DNA of 64,000 nucleotides, taken from positions 372,001 through 436,000 of the forward strand of contig MCFH01000013.1 of NCBI GenBank assembly GCA_002104945.1, given 5' to 3'. The stretch is from Piromyces finnis finn. Lineage: Eukaryota; Fungi; Neocallimastigomycota. The notes under the pieces are model-generated. The model worked only from the letters and a program-made list of their open reading frames with translations. It made no database searches and was not told where the DNA came from. Position 1 is the stretch's first letter; each line of letters starts with the position of its first letter. The translations under genes and the position numbers were made by a program. This document shows positions 12,949-25,712 of the stretch, piece by piece.

Positions 12949-14482
12949 TTTTCATTAAAGGTTTGTATGTGTGTTTGGGTGTTTTTCTCTTTAATAATTC
13001 TATTTATTAATTTATAACGGGCATAAACCTATACATTTATTGTTGTTGTTTTACAATATTAAATAGTTTCTTTAATTTTTAAATGATTTATACTTTGAAT
13101 TTTAAAATTGGAAATTCCTTTCCTATTTATATTTTTTCATTCTTAGTTTTTCTTTGTTTAATTTTCTTCCAATAATATTATATACAATAATAAATAAATA
13201 TTGATAAAAAATGTACAAATTAGATCTTTATTTTTTTTTACAAAGAAATGTAACATCTCTTTCAATTAAAGTTTGATTAATTAAATTTAATTAATTTTTT
13301 AAATAAGAATTAACGATTATTGGTTGGTTAAATAGAATTTGGGTTAGGATTAATTTTTATAGTGGCATGTAAATATATATATTTATTGGCAATTCATCCC
13401 CTTTTTTTGAAAATTACCTGTAACACTTTATTTAAACGATGTGACGTATAAACAGTGTGATGATAATAGTATGTAATATAATAACTATAGAACTATAATA
13501 TTAAATAAAATACTAATGACCCTGTTGAATAGAACTGATGATACTAATATAAATATAGCTTAATGCAATAATTATATTTTTTTAACTATTTTTTTCCTAA
13601 TGAATATTATCAAAGAAAAGTCTTAGTAAGATTTTACTAGAATTAAAGAAAAAAAAAAAGTTATATTTGATCTTAGAACAATTTTATGCTTTATTATAAA
13701 AATAATAATCAAATAGGAAAAAAAAAATTCACTTTATATGGTATATACTATTAATAAATATATAAATGTATATATTAAAAAAAAAAGAAAAGGATTTAAT
13801 ATTTAAAAGAAAGAAAAAAGGAAAACCTTTAATATTAAATAGTTAGTAGATAAAGGTTAAAATATATATATATTAAAAACTTTTAATACTAGTGCATGAT
13901 ACTTTCAATTTTTTAATAATTTTGTGATATTTATATAATGCTTAATAATTGAAATTGTTGTTTTTTATTAATATGTCATATAACTATTAAATCTGCATTA
14001 ATTTTGATTCTTCTTTCTATGTGAATAATAATACATTAACAATATTCAGATTCAGATAATGTTTTTTATATTTAGAGATATTTAAAATATTATTTTATAG
14101 TATAAATAAATATTAAATGTAAAAAAGTATGATAAAGCTATTACTAATTGTAGTTCAATTATATATGAAATACAAAAATAATGTCAAGTCTAATTTATAT
14201 ATGATAAATATTTTAAAAAAAGTTTATTAACAATATAATTTTTTTAATGGTAGTACAAGCATTGAAGTATTAAAAATTATAATTTATTAATGTAATAAAT
14301 TTTATTTATAAAAACAAAACAGAATAAAACAAAAAAACTGTTATTAAAATTTAATATATTAAGAAAATAGAAATTGATTTAATATTTATTAGAATTATTT
14401 TATTGTTTTAGGGTAATAAGATACCAAAACAAATATAATAGATTTAATACAATTATAAAACAATTTTTTTTTTTTTTATGAA

Positions 14483-15879
14483 TTATACAGCTTCATATAA
14501 ATATCTTGATATATCAAAGTGAACGCTTTTTGATAAATATTGAATAAATTCATAATTAACATTACATTTACATTTCATTTGATTTAAAACATCTGTATTT
14601 CCAACTTTAATTAATAATTTTAGTGTTTTGAGGGATGCAATCTATAATTAATTTTTAATATTAATTTTCAAGGTTAATAAATTTATTTTATTTTTTTTTA
14701 TAATTATTTAATTACTATTATATATTTATATAAAGCTATAGTTACTTGACGATTAATATCAATTGTTCCTTCAATGGGATCATCTATAATACTGTAAAAA
14801 ATTGCCAACATTCTTTCCATGGGAAAGACTTTTGGTCCATAAAGTTGTTGACTTTTCTAATAAATGATAAAAAAAAAAAAAGATTATTATTATTATTATT
14901 ATTGGCAAAATTTGTAAATATTAATGTTTTAAATTAGGAACTAACCTTACTACCGGAAACATCTTCTTGTTTTCTACTTTTTCTTCTTTTATTCTCAGAT
15001 GATTTTGAAAAGAATCTTAAATCATATCTTGGAGGATTATAAGAAGCTAGATAAGAGGCAATTAACAAAAATTTTGTATAATATGGGAGTTCAAATCTTA
15101 TATCTGTTAAAAAATTATGTAATTAAAAAAAAGGAAAATATGTTATTTAAATTAGTATTTTCCCTCTCCCCTATATAACTATTAATTTAAAAATTAAAAT
15201 AAGGAATGGATGACATTACCTGAGTTTACGGTGGGTTCGACGTATTCTTCAAAAGATTTATTTTTCCATTCAGAAGATGAAATATTTCTTAAATATAATT
15301 TATCTAAAGCTTGCTTGAAATATATTTCAATATGCTTAAATAATTTTACAGTATCATTTCTTGTGGCTAATGTTATATAATATATATAGTAAAAGTGAAA
15401 ATAAGTTATAATTTTATTCGTGGATAATATTAATTTTTGGCAACAATATAAAATATGTGAATTACAGTGTTTTATTATAATCTACCTTTTCCTTCTTGAA
15501 TTGGCTCTATATACTTAGGATAAAGTAACATTGCCATATGGCGAAGCTCATTTAAGTTGCGACAAGGTTTATTAAATACATCATATAAAAGTTCTATAAA
15601 AATATAATAAAAATTTTTATTTTCATCCTTAGGACAATCTCTTATCATTATATTCAATATTTCACGTAATCGTCATAAATAAAAAAGGCAATAATTATGT
15701 TAAGGTTATTAAAAATATAATTAAATATAAAATATTTGATTTATTAACAATAATAATAAAGGATATTTTTTGAATAGCTTGGAAATTGAAGTAAGATAGG
15801 TTCTAACATTCCTGTTTGGGATCTAAATTTTTCCCATACAATATTACTTATCAATATAATAGTTATATTTAAGTTTGTC

Positions 15880-15932
<53 letters not shown>

Positions 15933-16909
15933 TTATTTTAAATTTAAAATAAAATATTATATTAACAAATATTGTAATTATAATTATTATTTTATAAATA
16001 TTTATATATTTATGAAAAATGATTAAAGGTTTATTACGATTTCTGGAACTCGTAAAAGTGCTGATAATAATAATGGATTTGTTTCTCTTAAACGTTCGGC
16101 ATTGTCGAATATCTTTTTTTTTTTTTTTTTTTTTTTATTATTATGAAATATTAATATATAAAATATATAAAATATAAGAATTTAATAATTGATTTAAAAA
16201 TGATTAAACTTACAAGATATCTTCCTGTTAATTCTTCATCCTCGTTTTTATTTTTATCACAAATTTCTGTTAAAAAATGAATAAATTCTGATATTGTTTC
16301 GCAATGAGCATAATTTGAATATAAATTATCTGGATTAGGAATGTATCCTGATAGTTTATTTAAACAGTGTTCAAATAAAAGTCTAGGGGTATAACAATCA
16401 ATGCAATTAATAAATGAAGCATTTTCTTTGTATTTTGAAAAGATGGAACGAACAATGGAAGTTTTTCCTGTTGCAGAATCACCAAAAATAAATATTGAAG
16501 GAGGAACGACTTGATGTATCTATTAATATATTGCATTTAGCATTTATTAAAATATAAATAATTTTTAAAAAAGGATTTTTTTAAATATACTATAAATTGC
16601 TATATAAAAAATGAATGTTGTTTATATAATTAAGAAAATTAAATAGCAAATAAATAATAACAATAATAAAAACAATAATAATAAAAAGTATCAAATAATA
16701 AAAACTCTTTATATAACAAATAATAAATAAATTTATTGAAATTTGATTTTCGTATTTTTTTTTCTTATTCTCATTAATTACACATTTTATATTTTATAAT
16801 TTCTTACATCACCAATTAAATCCTGTAAACGAGTTATCTGTAATTCTCTTCCTGGATAATTTTTCCTTAAAATTTCAAATTGTTCATCTATTTCATTTTG
16901 AATTTCCAT
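14483..16909 (-). CDS. ORC5: Origin recognition complex subunit 5 (multi-exon)
   Basis: Exons read MEIQNE...[31 protein letters not shown] (Walker A), [74 protein letters not shown] and [11 protein letters not shown]. All are characteristic ORC5 segments. Confidence 0.92.
15879..15935. repeat. (TTA)n microsatellite in an ORC5 intron
   Basis: Seen directly. Confidence 0.9.
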
Positions 16910-17721
16910 ATTATATATATATTTTGTAAAGAATAAATTCAATTATTTTTTTTCTTTCCTTATTTCCAAAAATATAATATCTATTTTTTTTTATTATTAT
17001 TTTATCGGTAATTTCAAATTATAACAGTTGCTTCTCGTCAAATATATTTCCAATAATTTTAATTAAAATAAATTTCTTTAGGTATTCTATAGAATTGAAT
17101 AATGTATATTCAATTTAATTAGACTTTAATGACTATAAATATAATAACTTTTTTTTTTTTAAAAAAAATTAATATTAATACTTTTTTAATATTTTAATAT
17201 GTTTTTTTTTTCTTAACTTTTTTTCTTAAATAAATATTATAAACTTATAAGAGAAATTTAAATAATTTCAAAATTTCTATTTGAAATTTCTTCTATTTCA
17301 TAAAAAAAAAATTAAATAAAATTATTAAAACTATTTTATATATATATTATTAAGATTAATTAATTAGAATAAAAATTTTTGAATAAATTTACATTTGAAA
17401 TATTTTTTTATATAAAATAAAACCTACTTTTATCTATAAAAAAAGATAAAAGAAAAAATAAAATAAAATAAAAAATAATAAAATAAATAATAAAATTTAA
17501 AAATAAGTAGCAATAAAAATCATAATAAAATATAGACATTTATATAAAGTTTAAAAACAAAACAAATTTATTTTAAGAATAAAAACGAAAACAAAACACA
17601 ATTCATTATTCTATTATATGTTCCATTCAATATTATTATTTTATTTACAAACATTAAAATTTCAATAATCTTAATAATTGTACTATTTAATTTGTTAAGA
17701 ATATAATAATAAAAGAGAAAA
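16910..17721. promoter_or_regulatory. Probable bidirectional promoter region between ORC5 and GRH1
   Basis: The start codons are head-to-head ~810 bp apart with only AT-rich non-coding sequence between them. No specific site was identified. Confidence 0.45.
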
Positions 17722-20700
17722 ATGTAATTAATAATATATTGCTCGATAAAATATAACATCTTAATTATAATTGAAATAATACAATAAAAATAAAAAAATA
17801 ATTAACTAAAAATTAAAAAACATTTATCTAGGGGACAAAATGCTTCTTCTGAGCAAAAACAAGGTTACCATGTATTAAAGGTAATGATTAACAAAGAATT
17901 TTGGCTTTACTTAATGAAGAAAAGATTTTTTTTTTTTTATTTAAATAGTTTCACTATTTTATTTTATGCATAACAATAAATTATATGCTACAATTTAAAT
18001 AAATCATAAAATTAAAATGTATAATATATATAAAAGGTTGTACCAGGAAGTCCAGCTGCAAGAGCCGGTTTGATTCCATTTTTTGATTATATTGTTGCTG
18101 TTAATAAAACATTATTGGTAAAACAAATTTAAAAATATTAATTTATATATTTATATTAATTCACTAGTAATAACAACAACAATAATTTTTAATCATTTCG
18201 TGCTTATATATTTGATTATTTTCTTTTCAAAATACATAGGATGAAGAAGCCAATTCATTAATTAAAGTTATCAGTGATAATGTCAATAATAAACTTTCTT
18301 TTTATGTTTATAGTAGTAAAACAAATACTTATAGAAATGTGAAATTTGAATATCCTATAGAAAAATGGACCAATGCAGGTGAAGATGGATGGCTAGGTAT
18401 GTAAAAAGAAATATTGCAAATTTTTTATTAATTATTTATTATATTATTAAAGTTTATTCAATCATAAAGGTTTTTCTGTAAGATATTGTTCATATGACGG
18501 TGCGGCTGACCATTTCTGGCATGTTCTTGTAAATACATTTTAAAATAATTTAAAATAAACAAAATTGAAAATAATTACAATTTTTAATAAAAAAAATATT
18601 AATAATATTCATCATGCTTAAACATTTTAAATAAAGGCTGTTGTTAAAGATTATCCAGCATTTATGGCAGGAATTCAACCAAAAACTGATTATATTATTG
18701 GTTCACCAAATCATGTTTTGAAGACGCAATCTGATTTATATGATTTATTTGATAAATATGTTAATAAACCTCTTCATCTCTATGTTTATAGTACTCTTAC
18801 AAATAAGTGTAGAGAGGTAAAGAATATATATGTTATGATATATATATATTTTTACAATCAACTATTATGTGTTGGTTAAACATTTTATTAAATACTTTTT
18901 CTATTAAAATTTCTTAATAGATATTTGTTGTACCAACCACAAAGAATGGAGAAGGATGGTTTGTATCATATTATAATTGTATTATATATATAAATTCGTA
19001 AATATTAATATATTTTATTATTATTGTTTAATATAAAGTATTGGATGTACTTTTAGTTATGGGTAACTATTTAATTAGATCCTAGTAACATATATAAATA
19101 TAGAGTATAAAATAAAAGTTGGATTATAGCATTTTGCATATTAATTTAATATAATAATAAAATATAGAGATAGAATTTCAGTAAAGGATATTTTAATGAA
19201 TAAAGAACAACAAGAAAAATCCCAAATAGATCAACAAGATCAACAAAATTTAATATCAACAAGTAACTCAAATAACGTAATGGATCAAGATAGTATAAAT
19301 GCACCATCACCACAAAATGAACCAATAGATTTTGATTTTTCAAATTTTGCTGATATTTCTATAGATGAAGTTAAAAATACTGCCAATAAAGTACAAGAAA
19401 ATAAAAAAATAGAAACAGAAACACTAGATCATAAAGAAAACGATGAATTAAAGTCAACTCTTGACATAGAATCAAAAAATGATATAAAAATCACCCTTAA
19501 TAATAATAATTATATGAATACTATGCCTTCTCCATATATTCAATCTCTTGATAGTTCAATTCAAACTCTCTTCCCAAAAAAAACTGTTAGTAATAATAAT
19601 AATAATAATAATGATAATAACATTAATAGAATACCTGAATCTCCAGAAGAGCAAATAAACTATGACATTGATTTAAATGAGCTAAGTCGAATAAGTCATG
19701 ATGATGCCAATTTATCAGCATTAGATAAATTAAGTGAGTTTGAAGCAGCTGCAAAAGATAATAGTTTCAGTTTAAGACCATCTTCTTCAAAATTAAACTT
19801 ACCAAATCATAAAAATGAAGAAAAAAAGAAATCCTCACCTTTACAAGCATCTTTAATAAATGAAAATAAGGAAGAAGGTATAATAAAATCATGATTTATA
19901 GAAAAATTTTATTCAATAAATATAAGTTGTTAATTCCACTTTTTTTTTTTTCTTTTCATAAAAATTTTATAATATATATATTGTTTTATATAATTTAAAT
20001 ATAAATAAGAAGATAATAAAAAAGAATCAAAATTAGAATCAAATGATAATATAGATGATTATATTAAAACCCCAGAACAATTTTTAAATGAACTTTTTAT
20101 AAAAGAATTTAATTCAACTCCATCTCAAAATAATATTGATATGAGTTTCTTCTCAAATAATAATGAAAATAGTGAAATTAATATAACTGGTAATGAATTA
20201 AACTTTGAATTTAATTCAAATGAAAGAAATGACGAATTTGATCATATCTTAAATTCTGAGCCAAATTTAAATAATACTATTGATTTAGATACAAAAAACA
20301 ATAAGAGACAACAAACTATAGAATTAGAAAATACCACAGTTGATCCATTTTTTGAAAAGGGTTCAACTATGAATATACCATCAAATAATACTGATATTCC
20401 AGTGAACTCTAAAATTCCTTTAGATAATATAGATAATGGAATAGATAATAATGTTATTCAATCTATTTCAGTGATAGATGATAATAATAAAAGCACAATT
20501 TCATTAGATGAGAACGAACAAAATACATTAAATTCATTTCCAGTTAGTGTTGAAGTTCAAAATGTAGTTGACCCATTCCCAATCAATACCGCAAATCAAG
20601 ATGTAGTTGATCCATTCCCAGTAAATACCGAAGCTCAAAATGTAGTTGATCCATTCCCAGTAAATACTGAAGGTCAAAGCACTATAGATCCATTCCCAAT

Positions 20701-23041
20701 AAACACTGAAAATCAAAATGTAATTGACCCATTTCCAGTAAACACTGAAAATCAAAATGTAATTGACCCATTTCCAGTAAACACTGAAAATCAAAATGTA
20801 ATGGATCCATTCCCAGTAAACATTGAAACTCAAAACGTAGCTGATCCATTCTCAATAAACACCGAAACTCAAAATGTAGTTGACCCATTTCCAATCAATA
20901 CCGCAAATCAAGATGTAGTTGATCCATTCCCAGTAAACACTGAAAATCAAAATGTAGTTGACTCATTCCCAGCCAATACCGCAAATCAAGATGTAGTTGA
21001 TCCATTCCCAATAAACACCGAAACTCAAAATGTAGTTGATCCATTCCCAATCAACTCCGAAACTCAAAAAGTAGTTGACCTATTCCCAGTAAATACTGAA
21101 GATCAAAGCACTATAGATCCATTCCCAGTCAATACCGCAAATCAAAATGTAGTTGACCTATTCCCAGTAAATACTGAAGATCAAAGCATTATAGATCCAT
21201 TCCCAGTAAATACCGAAACTCAAAATGTAGCTGACTCATTCCCAGTCAATACCGCAAATCAAAATGTAGTTGATCCATTCTCAATCAATTCCGAAGCTCA
21301 AAATGTAATTGACCCATTTCCAATCAATTCCGAAGTTCAAAAAGCAGTTGACCCATTCCCAGTAAACACTGAAAATCAAAATGTAGTTGATCCATTCCCA
21401 ATAAACACCGAAACTCAAAACGTAGCTGGTCCATTCCCAATTAACACTGAAAATCAAAATATAGTTGACTCATTCCCAGTCAATACCGCAAATCAAGATG
21501 TAGTTGATCCATTCCCAATTAACACTGAAAGTCAAAATGTAGTTGACTCATTCCCAGTCAATACCGCAAATCAAGATGTAGTTGATCCATTCCCAATTAA
21601 CACTGAAAATCAAAATGTAGTTGACTCATTCCAAGTCAATACCGCAAATCAAGATGTAGTTGATCCATTCCCAATAAACACTGAAAATCAAAATGTAGTT
21701 AATCCATTCCCAGTCAATTCTGAAAATCAAAATGTAATGGACCCATTTCCAATAAATAATAATATAAATAATTTAAATCATTTTCCAATTAACAATGAAT
21801 TAAATAATAATGCAATTAATCAACAAATACTGTTAGATTCAAAGCAACAATTAAATGAAAATATTACCAAAAATGAAGAAAATATAAAAGAAAAAGCTGA
21901 TGAGTCAAATGAAACAGAAAATAAGAAAACAAGTAATAGAATAAGTTTTATCCATGATGATTTATTTAAAACTTCAAATAATAAAAACGAATTAAATTTC
22001 TTTGATCAAATGAGTAATAATAGCTGGGATTTTAATGAATCATTTACAAATAATAATTCAGGATGGGACTTTAATCCAGCTGATATGCCAACTATTAATA
22101 ATAGTATTCAAGGCACACCTATTTCATCTCCATCAAAAAACAATAAGAATAATATTTCCTCTATAGATATGATCCAACAATCTTCACAATCAACACCATT
22201 AAAGAAAGAACAAAATGGTTGGAATTTTGATATGAGTAATCAATCTACTCCAATGTCAGTTAATTCTTCATCAAGTAAAAATGAGCAAAGTGGATGGAAT
22301 TTCAATATACCTTCCATTAATAACTCAAACGCATCACCATCAATATCTAATAATTTAAATCAGAATGAATGGAATTTCAATAATATCAATAATCAAAATG
22401 AATTTTCGAATTCAAGTCCATCACAAAATAACGAACAAAGTGGTTGGAACTTTAATATACCATCTGTATCTACTCTAAATTCCACACTCCCTCAAAAACA
22501 AGAATCAGTGGCAACTGTTAATCAAAATGATTGGAACTTTACTGAAGATGTAGTTCCAAATAAACAAATGTCTCCAAAACCTATATCACCAAAAATAAAT
22601 TTACCTGATTCATCATTCATACAATCTAACTCAGAAGTAGAAAGCAAAGAAGAAAAAAATACAACTTTTGTAGGAACTCAAAATAAAAATAATTGGGATT
22701 TTGGTAATTCTATTTCATTTGATACTAATGATCAAAATACCCAAGATTTCAGTAATGTAATAAGTCATTCAAACCCATCCAATCAAAATCAAAATGATAG
22801 AAGCGCAAGTAACTCGTTATTTGGCTCACAAAAAAATCAAGGTGAATTTAATCCTATTGCTTCATCTATTCAATATTCTTCAAATGATTTTAATCAAAAT
22901 GGATGGAATATAACTACTACAACCACTAATAATGAACCTGAAGGTTGGATATTTTCTGATACTACAAATCAAGGAGGTTGGGATTTCACTAAAGAAATCA
23001 ATAATAATACAAACAATAGTCAAGGTGGATGGAATTTTTAA
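17722..23041 (+). CDS. GRH1: GRASP55/65 (Grh1) Golgi protein with a very long acidic repeat-rich tail; 10 exons, ~1,443 aa
   Basis: Exons: 17722-17723, 17832-17880, 18037-18117, 18240-18396, 18470-18528, 18637-18816, 18921-18958, 19039-19062, 19168-19877, 20010-23041. All GT-AG, phases consistent. MGQNASSEQKQGYHVLKVVPGSPAARAGLIPFFDYIV...WHVL...AGIQPKTDYIIGS...LYVYS...GEGCIGCTFSYG is the GRASP double-PDZ domain. Confidence is high for the GRASP domain and moderate for the in-frame join to the tail. Confidence 0.85.
20531..21760 (+). repeat. Coding tandem repeat, 39 bp / 13 aa, ~32 units (consensus DPFPVNTENQNVV)
   Basis: Seen directly in DNA and protein. Unit 0 starts at 20531 and unit 31 at 21740 (31x39). 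Late units alternate as a 78-bp higher-order repeat. Confidence 0.97.
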
Positions 23042-25712
23042 AATCTATACTGATAGAAAAAAAAATACTGGATATGATATTTTATTAGACAAATAGAATT
23101 GAACATAACAAAATAAAATCATATATTTAAATTTTTTTAATAAAGTATAAATTATAATAATAATGTAATAAAAATAAATAAATAAAATAAATAAATAATG
23201 AATGAAAATTAATAATTTACATTATTTTTAAAATTATATTAATATTGATATTTTATGTCGATTTTTGATGATAAGCGATTCCTAGTTTTTATAGTATTAG
23301 TATTAATAATCATTTATGATAGACATATTTTTATATTAAATAAAGTTTTAACTAAAATTAACTATATTTTTTTTCGCTTTTTAATGAGATATTTATTTAA
23401 ACGTTGATTTAGTTTTGTCTGACCTAACAAACGATATTTTTATTGATCCTCTTATACTTTTATAATGTTGACAATTACAAGCAATAATTTAGAATTAATC
23501 ATTCAAATATTATTATATTTTTTTAAATAAGAATAATTATTATAATAAAAAGAAATTGCTTACCATTCTATTTTATTTGGTTCACACATATATATTGGTA
23601 TATATATTGGTATAATTTACTAATAGTATTAATTAAAATATTATTAATATTACTATAAATTATATCTAAATTATTGTTGGATAAGAGAAAATTACTTTTT
23701 AGAGTTTTTTTTCATAAGTATTGGAATAATTAATTATAAAAATAAAAATTAAAAACTTTAATTATTTTTAAAGAAAGATGATAGAAATAAAGTAATTAAT
23801 AAACAATAGTATTCAAAAATATAGAATGATTTAAGAAATAATTCTTTTAATATTCTATCATTTAATTGTTTAAAATCCGACTATAGTAAATTACAATATT
23901 GCTTTTAAAAGGGTTATTTTAAGCTATAAAAATATTAAAATTTTCATTAAATTTTTTTAAGATAGTACTTTGAAAATGTTAATTTCAAAGCATAAAATGG
24001 TAAAATTACAGATGGGTAAATATATCCCTAGTAAATCTATAGTATTGTTAATATCAAAGATGTTACTTTTTAAGAAACTTAATATACATAAACATAATTT
24101 CTTTTGCTTTTTTAAGATAAATTCCTAATGAATGATAATTCAGTAAAAATATTATCTCTAGAAGACCAAAAATACTAATTACCAGTAATGAAATTTTATG
24201 AATTAAATATTTGTGTTCTTTTTTTTCATTAATGAAAATAACATTTTTTATGCTATTAAAGTTATTTATAAGAAATTTTGTATTAATTGGAGAAGGAATA
24301 TTATTTCATTTATTTTTCAATTAGAATAAAAGAACTTATAAATAATAAAATAGTTATTTATTTTGCTTATTATTTAAATATTATTAACTTTGTTGATAAT
24401 GAATGGGTAATGGTGTTATTCTTCATTTTTTTTTTTTTTTTGTATTTATTAAATATTATTTTTAAGTTATATCTTATCATTATTGTTTTGGATTAATCCA
24501 ATGCTATGATATATTATTTAAAACTAAAAAGTTTTAATATTAATATGTTATTCACTAAGTAAATATAATTTACTTTTAGAATAATAATTCAAATTTCAAA
24601 ACATATAATATAAATAACCTGATTAAAACCACGTGCAAGCATGTGTAAATGTCGATATATATATTTTCTCTATTAATATGATATTAATATGAGATAATAT
24701 ATAAATTCAATTTAAATATAATAAATTTTAATAATTATTATTTTTAAAATAATATTAAAGTTTTAGATATAAAAATTTTATCAGAAAGTACTAAAAGACT
24801 AAAAGTTCTACAGGTAAATATTTAATATTAAAATAATAATAATAATAAAAAAAAAAAAAAATACAAAAAGAAGAAATTACAAGAGACAAAAGTAATAAGA
24901 AAACTATATACTTTATTATTATTATTTTTTAAAAAATATTAATTTCTTACTAATTACTTTTTATAAAATTTCATTAAATTACACATTATAATACTAAAAA
25001 AAGAAATAATAACAAAAGTATAAAGAGAGAGAGAGAAAAAAAAAAAAGGTAAATAATAATTAATTAAAAGTATATATATTTTTTGTTTTAAATTTCAAAA
25101 TTAAAATTATATATCCACTTTTGTTTATATAATTAATAATAATAATAATTAAAAATTAAAGAATATATCATATTTGTATTTATACAATAATTGTTTATAA
25201 TTATTTTTTTTAATTGAAATCTGATTTTTTAATAAATATTAATATATAAATTTCTCATTAATTTAAACGAAATTGTAGATATATTTGATAACATAATAAT
25301 GAATTGCTAATTAAAAATACAATTGATTTTTAATTATTTCTAAAGAAATTTCATGTAATACAATCAATAAATACAAGAAAATTAATTTAATTGAAATTCA
25401 ATTTTTAAATGGAAAAAGTTGATAATTAGATTTCTTTTCTTTTTTTTTTTTTTTTTTCCTTTTTTTTTTATTCTCCAAAATAATTTTAAGAAGAAAAGGA
25501 ATTTATACAAATACTATATATTTTAAAGAATAAAATTATAATAATAACAACAATAACGATAATAATATTAATAATAGTAAAATAAAGTGAAATTTGTTAG
25601 TAAATCAAACTTAGATAATAAATCTTTTTCAAAAGAATAATTATTTTTACAAAAGTTTATATTAAAACCATTATAATACATAAAAGAAAATTTGTATATT
25701 TATAAAATAAAA

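Noticed and set aside
13518-13528. GACCCTGTTGA identical to a conserved large-subunit rRNA segment
   Set aside because: Only 11 nt, with no flanking rRNA similarity. The antisense strand lacks C/D boxes, so chance is sufficient.
20534-20894. Antisense ORFs (99 aa and 70 aa) with periodic W/Y/F content
   Set aside because: They are shadows of the sense-strand coding repeat, with no splice or family support.
20531-21760. Regular short repeats superficially like a CRISPR array
   Set aside because: The units abut with no unique spacers, are codon-phased (39 bp) inside a eukaryotic exon, and have no cas genes nearby.
23266-23422. TGATGA...CTGA pair downstream of GRH1
   Set aside because: About 155 nt apart, with no terminal stem or recognisable guide. 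Such motifs are common in AT-rich DNA.
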